From assembly GCA_030141605.1 (NCBI GenBank), contig JAQGDQ010000175.1:248001-312000 (forward strand): a stretch of 64,000 bases of DNA, read 5' to 3'. Every line of letters starts with the position of its first letter. Positions within the stretch are counted from its first letter, which is position 1. The notes below the pieces were generated by a model. It made no database searches and was not told where the DNA came from. It worked only from the letters and a program-made list of their open reading frames with translations. Both the position numbers and the translations under genes were made by a program. Of this stretch, positions 37,128 through 48,949 are shown one piece after another. This DNA is from Tubiluchus corallicola (lineage: Eukaryota; Animalia; Priapulida).

Positions 37128-38999
37128 ACTGTTCCTACAAAAGAAAAAAGTCCGAGAAACGTAACAACATCACAAAATTAAGTGTTTACGATACTAGAAA
37201 TCCGTTACAATACTTTAAGAATTCACTACTAACCTTATTTTTGTTTATTTTATGCACAAAAACATTAAATATATTGGTTTTGCATAAACAATTCAAGGTG
37301 AAACTTAAATGTCTAGTGAAATAATGCAACTATCATTATAATATTAGTACATCAATTGAAAACTTACTGAAAATTTTGCTAAAATGCACTCGTAAAGAAA
37401 AAGGAATTTCTACAATCAATATTTTGCTAACCTACAGTAAAAATTCAGTTTATCATTCACAATGCTTAATCAGTTGCACCTGTGCCTCGGTACTTAGTCA
37501 CCTCTTAAATGTTATGTGAGCAACAAATGAGTAATGATAACTTCCTGAAGCGACAGATGAAAATCCAATTAATGTTTAATGCAAAAGCAGGAACTACAGC
37601 TGTTCAGGTTATGCAATGAATGAACAAATGGTAGCACAGTATAAAGCCAATTAAAATAGTGACCATCTCAAGTGAAACATCATTTGTTATTTATCAGTGT
37701 TCTATCTGTTAAATTGGGTTCTGCGTGACAGTCTTTGTAGGTACATTGCATTAATATTATCTGCTGCTAGCAGCAACCAGTTCTGTTGTACCATAATGTT
37801 TAAATAATGTTATAAAAGATGGCAGTAATGTTCAAGATTTAAGGTATTTATTTATTTATCAGGAAAATTTTCTAAATATACTCCAAACAGTACAAAGGAA
37901 TAACCCTCTAAAAAGAATATTTTTGAGAAGAAAGCTGAAGTCAAAACTTTCATCAAAACTGTTCCCAATTTAAAAAGATGTGTTACTATGAAGGTGGCTA
38001 CAGGTAAGCACACCAATATTGTTCAATATTGGGCAAAAACTTATAACCAAAGGTATACCACAAAGGCCTGTACTTTCTGCTAGAAATTGCTTGGTATCGC
38101 AGTTAAGAAATTCGGCAATTTTAATTCTGATACAAAAAATTAAAATTATGTAGACCAACATGCTGCCTCCTTTGATGTTCAGTTTCTTTTATAAACATAT
38201 CACTTGATAAAACTGTTTTTACTCAGACAAACGAAGTGTTAGAGACATAGCTTGCAGAATTTGGTGAAAAGTCCACTTGGTTTTCTATAAGAAAAGCCAT
38301 TGAGTTATCACTTCACAGCCTAGACTTATCTTGCTTAAACCTGTTTTGGCTTCGCAAATGAGGTGAAGCAACGATAATTAATGCAGCAAATCAATAAGAG
38401 AGATTTTTTCAGAGGAATTCCATTTCTTCGTGGGAAAGTGCTAGCAGTTAGAGAGTCGATAGCAATGAATCATCGCTACCTGAATCTCACTGCTTACGGC
38501 AAATAATTACCGTGATTTCTGTTAATAGGGCTTCTTCATAAAACAAAAGCTGGTAAACAAAAAATTTCAGCACTTAAGAACTGTCGTTGATATGATACAT
38601 GCTGGTTAAGTACTATAAGATCAGATCAGAGTCGTTAAATGTAATGCCGTTAAACGAAGCGCTGTTAAGCAAAGACACTGTATCACTTAGAACTTGAAGT
38701 CGCACAATTACGTTTACATGTCGATCTAATCTGTTGGAAGTAGCTTGGTTCACACAATGATTTTAATATCATCCACGTGGAGCCAATCTGATTTTCAACT
38801 GAATACTATTTGGAAATTTGCTAGAAAAGACAGAACTTTACACGTGAATGAAAGTGGCCAGAAAGGTGTCTAAACATAAAATAATTTCATTTGAAAATAC
38901 CAATTCCAAGTTTTCCTTATGTACAAAATTATAAAATTTACACTTGCCTATTAATAAGAGAAGCTGTTGATTTGTAACTGTTCTACTCCACAGAGAAAG

Positions 39000-41900
39000 T
39001 TACTGGAAACCAACTACATGTTTTATTTCCTGCATTGTTTCTTCAGCTAATTCGGCAGCAGATTCAGCACCAGTTCGTAACACATGGTCCAGATACGAGG
39101 GATCGCCTAGCAACCGCGTCATTTCTTTTCTAACTGGATTAAATTTGTTAATAACAGCATCAGCAACCATTAGCTTGTACTCAGCTGTACGTAAACCTCT
39201 GCAGTCTCTACATATTTCGTCAGGTGATTTATCACTGACAACCGAATGCAACATTATCAAGTTTGACACGGCAGGACGGTTCAGTGGATCATACTGAACT
39301 TCAGACTTGAAGTCAGTTAATGCTTTTTTGAACTTTAGTCGAATTTCATCTGGAGTATCAGTAAGCTCAATTCGACTTTTAGGATCAACATCAGATTTAC
39401 TCATTTTTAAATCAGAATTTCTAAGGCTCTTAACACGAACTATTTGTCCTGCAAGAAAAAATAAAATTAATTATACTATAATTTTTTTTAAATTCAACAT
39501 GTATTATACTGGTATATGTTTTTACAAGCACATATATAAATGCAAATACATACATACATATCAGTTACAAGTGCAAACTATATGGTTAACCATTTTTGAT
39601 AATTCATAAATGAAACAAAATGTTTTATCCTGGCAACGTCTCAATGAATGAAGGTTTATGTTTAGAATCGGAGCAACTGGGAGAAGTGTGAACTGAAAAA
39701 AATCCTACACTTGGGTGCTCCACGCTCATTTTTTCACAAAACATCTTCTGTTGTTTAGAAAAAACTGGAATATGGTTGGGGGCATGCTCTGTAATGTTTG
39801 GATAGTCTGCTCAACTGTGGCCATTATGGGTTTAATTAGATTTCATGGCAAGCCCACAGCTTCACACAGTTCCTGAATTTCCAAAAACACTCACCCACCC
39901 TCCTAATTATTTCAATTTGTATAAACTTCAAAACATTCACATGACACATAGATACAGCATTGTAAAAAACTTTTACAGCTGTCTGTAGCAAATAAATGGC
40001 CAAGTCATAGAATGTGTCAGAGCCATCACAATAGGTATTTTGGTAGATCTTTCTTTAAATTATAAGCATTTCATATGGTAACATATATATATACAAACAT
40101 TAAATATTAAAAATTATTGGTTCTTGCAAAGAAATGCTTCTTATGTGTAAGTGTGTGTGTTATCTGAATTCAAGATAGATAACCATGCACTACAAATAAT
40201 GTTCGCACATTATCGATTATTATAATATTTCAGTTTTTCAAAGAAACAGTAGCGGAAACAAAAAAGAATTAATGTTTTAATAGAAACAGCAAAGTGCTTC
40301 AGGGCTAACTTACAGTTCTCAGCAAAGAAGACTTAATGGCATATCCTACCTTTATGAAGTTGAGGTATAGGGAAAATGTGCCCATATTTGTTGTTAAACA
40401 CGCGTGCTGTACTTTGTGCTAAATGCAAGTGTTGTAACTGATCTTCACCAACTGGCACATGAGTAGTTCTAACAAATGAAGCAAAATTTTGATTTAATTA
40501 TTTTACAATATGAGCAAGTAAAACAAGAAACAGTCAGATTTCAAAATGCTTCAGAAGATGTTCTTGTTTAATTTACTAGGCAATAAAGCTTATACAATAC
40601 AAAAAACTCTATTCAGTTTTTAGCAAAAAAAGAACTAAGGTGATGAAAAAAAGACTATCACACAGTTATCGAGGCTGCTATATCCAATGCAGAATCACAG
40701 TTGACAGAGTGTCCATGTTATAAACAAAAGGTCCTAAATTCAAGCTGGACCAAGGAATTTTTTTCTAATTTACATTTTAGATATAGAAAATACCTACTGG
40801 CTATATATAAAAATAAATGATAAAACTTCTTTATACCACCTACTTAGAGACTGCAAAAAAAGATGGTGTTTAAGCGAGGCAGACATTATAAAGGGAGCAT
40901 TATAATGAGATTTGGCTGTATATTAATTACGGTATCATTCCAATAAATGATTAAAAATAAATTGTTTGAAAGCAGGACAATCGATGATATAAGAACTCAT
41001 TAGAACTTGAGGCTTGAGCGACAGTATAAAGCATGTATTTCACTATAATAACCTGGATTTCAGTATAAACTGTGTCCCCAAGTGCTCAAAGAATGTAGTA
41101 ACCATATTATATAATTTGAATGAGTATCAAGCAGTTAGTAAAAAGCTGACTTGGCTTTGTAACTCCTAATATATGTAATTTGACATGATCTGAGCATTTG
41201 TCAAGTCACTGTATTAAGAATGCTCTAAGACAAAAACAGATTTCAACACAAGGATACTTTTACTTACAAGTAATAAATACTAACTTATACAGCAGGATAT
41301 CAGCAGTTTGCAGAATTGGATAAATGAACAAGCCTAGTGGTATCTCCTTCAGTTTATCTGATTTATCCTAGAAAAAACATTTTGTTCTAGAAACTGTAAA
41401 AGTTATTATACTGATTAATTTTTTTTTTGTACAAAGAATTAACTACAATATATGTCAAACAAACTTAAATGCCTCACTAGATTTGAATTTTACTTAAATT
41501 TGTTCAAAATTGAGCCGTTTGTCTAAGCTTTTGCTTAAATTCACTATGAAATATTCTTCAAATAAAACTCAAGTAAATGAATGCTACATTTAAGTTGAAA
41601 AATATTTGAAAAATATTTTAAGAAAAGTGAAAAAGTGCCTTGTTGTTCTTAAAGAGCTTGTATCATATTTTATGTGCAGGGCTTATTTTCATAGTATTTG
41701 AACTTATTTCTTTCTTATGCTGTTGAGACAATATTAAAAGCTACAGCTCTCAAGTCTTTAAACAAGAAGCAATGAGACCTACTTATCATAATCTAGCACT
41801 TTGGTATTTTTAACAGACTTTTCACAAACTGAACTCTCGTTTATTCAATTTTGCTTAAACCAAGTGAGCTTGGTTTAAACACAGTTTATTGTGAAATTAG

Positions 41901-44900
41901 ATAATACAGTTTCACAAAATACGATTTAGGACCACTTTTGCTGAAACCAGATCCGTACTTCGCAGCAGCAGCAGCAATTGATATTATATGATTTAATTTC
42001 TTCAGCACATATTTCTTTGTAAAAATGCCCTTCCATAAAAACAAACATTGTATGTTTATAGAAATCACCGAGTTAAAAATATATATCTTCAAAAAATGGT
42101 GCAAACCACGATACAGCTGCGACTTATTTGAAACAAAGCAGGTTAAATAAAAAAAGTTGGTTAATAATTCCAATCTTAATCTGTTCATGACACAAAAACA
42201 CATTGTAATCATTAATGTAGTAACTTAAGTCAATTACCTTGAACTGTGGAAGTCTACTTAGTTGAGCCACGGTTGAATGGCAAGCCAATATCCAAGCAAG
42301 CTCCGCATGTGCGCATACCTAAAAATATTTCAACATTAAAATGATGATAATACATTAGTAAGCACAACAACTAAAACATTTTAACCATATCGTAACATAC
42401 TAAGTTTGATCTTTTTTGGAAAACAAATCACTGGTATGATTGTAACATTTCGTTCTCTTTCTTCTTGCTCTTGTTGATTAAGAAATGCTGATGGTTCATT
42501 AATTTCTTGTCTAATCACCTTTCCCGACATTTGAATAATGAAAGAAGCTGCATATTTCAACTGGATCAAATGGAAAATTAATACACATTACACGAAATTT
42601 TTTTTTATCTAACAGCACAAACATGACGGAACAACTTAAAGCATTAAAGAACATGTAAAGAACATTAACTATGTATGGCTACCAGTTTGCAACAGCATCA
42701 ACTGTTTTGAATGGCATTCTCTCACGAGCAACTTTCATAAAACCACAGCAGTCTAAATAACCTTTGGCAGATCAATTGTAGTATCAAAATTTTATCACTT
42801 TATTGGTATCGTACAGTATGTGTATAAGCAATAGGTAAGTTTCTAACTGATTAAATATTTAAAGTTTAACATATGCCAAAAGGAAAAATACAACGATACA
42901 TACAGCTGACTGTTGAAAAAGTATGCTTCTAGTATGGTCAATGCCACAAGCCAATAAGCAAGCTGTCATCTCAAGAATATTTTTTCTAAACAAGAAAAAG
43001 AACTGTTTGTTAAAACTTAAAACCAGAAAAAAACAGCGGTAAATGTCAAGAACTTCAGTATCAAACAATGACACCTGACCATTCCATTGATAGCAATGCT
43101 TCTGAGCAAGAGCATAAACAGCAAGCCTAAAGACATAGTGAATAATTATTACAGCTGCTAAAAGTTGCATAATATGCAAGCAAATTAATCACACAAGTAA
43201 TATTACTGATATGTATGCTTTGATACTCGTATACTGTATTATGTACAGGCATACATGATGTTCAAATGTGATTACACCACCTAGTGTTAGTTTTCATATT
43301 TAGGAAGAATTCGAGCTATAGGGTTGCGGGCATGGCTGACAGTTGTAACGGGTTTCTATAGGCAGTTCTTTGTGGATGTTTTTTCCTGTTATAATTAATG
43401 TGTTTATTACATGTTAATAAATAAATTGTTACAGCATGAGTAATCGTTTTCTATATACATTAATTACGATGCAATACATTGTTTATTAACTTTTCTATAT
43501 GGTTCTTTGTAATCACACTTTAACGGCTTTAGACATGGTTACAAAGCTAAATCTATATAATAGATCTATGTTTTATTTATTGTCTATTGTTTTGCTGATT
43601 CAATTTTTGCAAATTAGCTAATGTTGCAGCAAGGGTCATCATTATTTATGTCGAAAAATAGTAAGTGATAAGTGACCAGACAACCTATGGTCTTTCTTTT
43701 CCCCGTCTTCTTGAGTAAATTAAATGTTGTAAAAGTGAAAAATTACGTCTTTTGAGAAAAACATCTATGTCTATGTCTGTTGTGCAAAGACATTTTAAAG
43801 AGATTGTAACTAGAATGAAGTAAACCAAGTATGGAATTGACTACAAAGCTTAGTCTACATCAGGGGTGTGCAAATTACCTGACTAGTCGGGCCACATTAA
43901 ATTTTCCTGCCATACCTGCAGGCCACATGTAGTTTGGTCAAGGAGCCAAGATCAGAAATACCTAATAGTGATTTCTTTTGCATCCGATATGCGCGCATAA
44001 TTACTACTATGGTACACCGAGGAAACTATTCTAGAAGTTATTAAAATTTACATTAAAAACCACAGATTTCAACTTTCATGTCACATAGTGGTAATTTTAT
44101 TGCAATGCATATTAGTACATTGTATCACACTGTAGTACAGCAGTGCGTATTAATGTGACTCATGGTGCCGGTCTTTGTGTGTTACAATTTTGTCAAGATT
44201 TGGCAGAATTGATGACGTTGAAACTCTCAAACCTTTTTCCAGGTGTTCATCGGTTAGCACAGAGCGGAATGGGGACTTCATAATTCCCATTCTTGAGAAG
44301 AACTGCTCACAAATGTAGGTGGAGCCAAACAATGTCATATTTTTTGTGATGCATAAATTTATGCAGATGAGGAAACAAAGCCTCCTTCAAGTGTTTTCTG
44401 TAGAAGTCCCCAATGTGAACATTATCCTGGAAATGTGCCTTCAGATCTTCACGCTCTTGTAATTCAATCAGTGAGTCATCGACATCAGCATGGAAGGGCG
44501 CGGTGAAGATTTTCATGGAATCATCATGTTTTTTGAAATCTTCAAATCTCAATCGAAACTCATTCTGTAGTTTCTGAAACTGTGTACTAAACTCTGCTGC
44601 TTTCCCACAACATAATCCAACTTGCCTGAGAGAGGGAAAATGAGCAAGGTGATTGTTTTCCATCTGATGTATCCAAAGTTTCACCTTGTTAAGAAATGAC
44701 TTGATGTGTCCATACATCTCATTTACGTATTGACCTCTTTTTTGTAGCTGAGTATTCAGTTCGTTCAAATGCGTCGTCACATCTACGATGAAGCCAAGAT
44801 CACACACCCGCACTTTATCCATTGGATTTCCCTTCAGCTCTAGAAACAGCTTTATCTCCTCTCTTAGATCAAAGAAGCGTTTAAGCATCTTCCCCTTGTT

Positions 44901-47287
44901 TAACCAACAAACTTCCAAGAAGTAGACGAGGTCCTGATGATCTGCTTCTAAATCAGTCAGAAACTGTTGGAATTGTCGATGATTCAATCCTCTGGCTTTG
45001 ATGAAATTGATAGCTTGTACGACTGGACCAATAACATGTTTGTAGACGAAGGCTTTTGCAACCTAGTTTTCTTGGTGAATTATACAGTGAAATACTACAA
45101 GTTCTTCTGAGTTCAGATTTCTCTCTTTCATTTCCGACTTAATTTGTCCCACAAGGCCTGTATTTTCTCCTGACATAGCAGGTGCACCATCTGTAGCCAT
45201 ACCACAAAGGGTGCACCAGTCAAGATCAAAGCGCCCAAATGCCTCCTTCACTTCAAGAAAATGATCAGCCCCAGTAGTTGCACCTTTCATAGATTGAAGA
45301 GACAATATTTCTTCAACTTCATTTAGGCTTCTGTCCACACCTTTGATCAATATGGCCAGTTGAGCTGTATCTTTGCGATCGGTACTCTCGTCTGTAGCGA
45401 AACTCCACGCATTGAACTTACTCATTTTATCTTTCAGTGTTTCACATACGTCTTCTGCCACATCATCAATTCTTCTCGCAACCGTCCATCGGGATAAGCT
45501 TATCTTCTCAAAGTCTTTTGCCTTTTCTGGACACAGAACAGATGACACTTCACTGAGACATTCCTTTTACAAAATCGCTGTCGGAATATGGTTTCATACG
45601 CTTGGCAATTTGATAAGAAATCACATAGCTAGCTCGCACTATGTTTTCTCCTTTCCCTCGTAACTTCTGAAACATACCTTGCTGACCACAGAGGATGCCT
45701 CTCAATTTTTTGATTTTCTCTCTTATCGCCTTCCAACTTTCCATACTTTCCATCTTTGGGTTTTGCTTCATAGTGCCGCTTCAAGTTGTACTCTTTGAGC
45801 ACGCTAACATTATCGTCACAACTGAGACATGTCGGTTTACCTTTTTGTTCAATAAAGAAATAATCATTCATCCATCTGTCTTGAAACACTCGATGCTCTT
45901 CTTCAATTTTCCTCTTTTTTATCCATGTATAATTTTATTTATAATTTATTATGTAAAATAACCAAGTGAAAAAGGTCTGCCTACTATGACCAAGAACACG
46001 CCTGAGCTGATCTGTCGGCCCGATAATAGAAGCGTAGAGATTGGCTGGTTGGTCTTCCTATCAGCAAATCAGATTGCTTCTCACATTTCGTGCACCTTTG
46101 AGCATTTCACTGGCGGATTCAGTGATAGTTTGTCGTGTTCTGTGATTTTACGTCGTTGTTTGTGTGCTACGTAAATATCGTAAAATTTCATCATGTCCAA
46201 CAGTGTCAATCGTCTCGTAAGGGCTCACCATTAAAATTGTGATCATTAAACCCGATCATGGCATGGACTTTAGTTAGAAACATCTTCCTAATACTTGCGA
46301 CTCAATTCATCGCCCGGGCCGCACTTGACAAACCTCTTTGCGGGCCGCAGTTTGCACACCCCTAGTCTACATAACACACAAACATCAAACCTCATTGCTT
46401 TAGAATCTTGTGGCAGGGTGATGGCATGCATATCAACAATGCTATACAAAATGCGATAATTAGTTTCATTCTGAATTTTCACCCATTGTTCCACTGCTCC
46501 GTAGTAATTACCTACACAAAAAGAAAGACGATATTTAGTAACTTGCAAGTCCTGTTCACCCATGAACAGATAACAGTCAAACTTATAATAGTAAGATTTC
46601 TATGAACAAGTCATTTTTTCTTAGTGAACTTACATTCACTAAACTCTTTTAATCTTAACATGTTATGTAGATAAATTAGATATGCATGTTTTAATGTTAT
46701 GTATGTGTACAAATTTAAAACATCAAGACACACAGACAATAAGAATTTCAGTCAAAACAACCAGATTATCGAATTGTCTAGACGAAAAGAGTTTGTCATT
46801 TATCAGAAAATGTCACTGGTAACTATGCCAGAAACTAATTTTTTCAAATATGGAAACTTGGTGTTATCTACTTTATATGTACCGTACTTGCTCCGGTTAT
46901 TATAATTTGTACACTTGGATGGTTTACTTATTAGAGGTAACCAGGTTAGCATTCAAATGTCACTTGGACACCTCTGCCGAGTCAGTGGCTCATGTCTTTT
47001 GAGAGACAATGCTGACAATGAACCAGCATCAACCAGACTCCAGTCATGCTACAAATATCTCATTGCAAATGCTTTGCCTTTAAGTGCTGAACTCAGGTTT
47101 GCAGTGTGCTGAAGTGTAAAAATGTGCAAAATAATGAATCATAAGGACAGAACTGAGGCAAAATCAAAATTAATGTTGCTGAAGATCACGTTATCATACA
47201 ATCGATATTACCTAAGTGTAAAGCTCCGGTCGGCTGTATGCCAGAAAATACTCTATTCTCAAATGATTTCATGTTAACCTCGGCATT
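39000..47287 (-). CDS. WARS2: Mitochondrial tryptophanyl-tRNA synthetase; exons 47212-47287, 46391-46511, 42904-42985, 42238-42318, 41285-41367, 40350-40468, 39000-39448 (N-terminal exon not located)
   Basis: In-frame GT-AG exons: RVFSGIQPTGALHLG/NYYGAVEQWV..SIVDMHAITLPQ../..LLACGID..ILFQQS/..HAELAWIL..LPQFK/..GLFIYPILQTADILLYK/TTHVPVGEDQLQHL../..KMSKSD. HLGN, GEDQ and KMSKS class I motifs are present. Confidence 0.93.
43861..46364 (-). mobile_element. Near-full-length hAT DNA transposon (Buster/SPIN/Charlie group), 2504 bp, in a WARS2 intron
   Basis: TIRs CAGGGGTGTGCAAA / TTTGCACACCCCTA with a perfect 8-bp TSD GTCTACAT (43853-60, 46365-72) carrying a central TA. Confidence 0.93.
44150..45925 (-). 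pseudogene. Disrupted hAT transposase (SPIN/GTF2IRD2-like)
   Basis: FQDRWMNDYFF..CLSC..LKEYNLKRHYE zinc finger, DESTD, TDGAPAM, HCIIHQE, EVCWL and FGSTYICEQFFS motifs. In-frame TAG at 45063-65 and about three frameshifts. Confidence 0.9.
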
Positions 47288-47866
47288 CTGCAATACAGTA
47301 ATTATTAATATTATTAACAACATAGTAATTATTAATTAGCAATGTCATTTTCAGACATTAGAGCAAAATAAGGCATATGCAGTGAATTTATCTGATGTTA
47401 AAATGTGCCTTCTCACTACTTCACGAAAGAACAGATAAGCTTTTTTGAGAACAAAAAGCAAATAAATTGAAATGCCATCATTTTGCATAGATTTTGTTAA
47501 TGCCCAGCTGAAATGCTGGCTTCAACCAGGACTGGTATCGTATGATCTAGATAACATGAAAACAGTATGTATATTTGTGAGATGCCCGCACCACCACATA
47601 TGCATTGAAACTTTATGCGCATGAAACTATAATAATGATGGCATATGGCTGTCCAGAAAGCAGACGGCTTGGGTTTGTGTACCTGTAAAGGTGCTTATTT
47701 TAATGTTGCATTTATGTGATTGATTTCGTACTGTCTTGATACAGTGTGGACTGTGACTCCCCATTGGCAGATTTTTAGTAGATTACAGCACAGAGTCTGA
47801 AAAGTCAGAGTACCTCCATCGTGTAATTAGTGGTTAGCACAGTTTCCTGGACAGCAGATCTTGGGT

Positions 47867-48945
47867 CAGGGACGGTGAAAGGGCAAGGCGACCTAGGCGA
47901 TTGCCTTGGGCCTCGCACGTTAAGAAGCCTCAAGCTTTGACCCTCAAAATTTTATTATGTCTCCTACATTCATACAGAGCGTATTCGACACGAATCCAAT
48001 TGCATCAACGTCCATTATCGCGAATCTACTTTGATTCGCACAACTAGATTTGCACCGATCTTACCTGAATGCTACAAAAATAAAGAAATACTGGCACTAA
48101 TCTTACTTTTTCACTCTTTGCCTAACGCTAACACATACGCTGTCATATCGTGTTGTTTCGCTGATACCTTGGTGTTCCCTCTATCTGGTTAGATTAGCAA
48201 GGCACAAATGAATGTCACCGTGCAAGCACATTGGACACCATAAATGTCCTTTAAACTTACCCCTATAATTACATTTTAGTGGTATAGAGCTATATCTCTA
48301 AAACCCTTTTTGTCTGTTCTGGTGTTAACCGAGTTATATGTTGCTTGGTTTTATTATGCTCATAGGTTAAGAACCTTAACTTAGTTTTTCAGTGTATCTG
48401 GTGATGTGCAGTAACTTTAATGAATTTTCTTTTATTTTTTTCTTACAGGCTGACTTCTTAAGAGTCCTCATATGCCCAAACTGTACAACTATATCAAATT
48501 TCTGACTTAGACTTTTAACTTCTTATGTGCAACATCCCTCTCTTGCATTTAAGCAGCGCAGAGTGATCAGGTTCCTAAGAGTGTTCACCCACAAAGGACA
48601 TGATGATTTTTCCTCAAATTATGAAAATTTGCTTCGAACAGAATTCTTCAACACTGTTGCTGACAGCATGATAGTTAACCCCGACAAGCGATTCGAACGG
48701 CTTGGAAGTTAGGATTTTTATATAGCTTTTGGCATCTCACAAAATATGGACTAAGGAAGACATACTGACTAGTGACTCAACAGAAGGTGATAGTATAGGT
48801 GGTCCACTAAAACTTTCTGGTGGTCCACTAAAACTGTTGAACTATCTTCATGTAAAGAAATTGCCAGAAAATTTTCCTAATTTATTTACAGCACTGCGTG
48901 TGTTGTTGACAATACCACTTACTGTGGCATCTGGTAAATGTTCTT
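47867..48945 (+). mobile_element. Truncated hAT (Tip100-like) remnant
   Basis: GC-rich start CAGGGACGGTGAAAGGGCAAGGCGACCTAGGCGATTGCC; coding remnants RTEFFNTVADS..KRFE and LLNYL..ENFPNLFTALRVLLTIPLTVASG (hAT C-terminal dimerisation domain, cut before ERSFS). Confidence 0.65.
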
Positions 48946-48949
48946 CTAA

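Noticed and set aside
45063-45065. Possible stop-codon readthrough in the hAT transposase
   Set aside because: The same gene also has several frameshifts, so ordinary decay explains the TAG.
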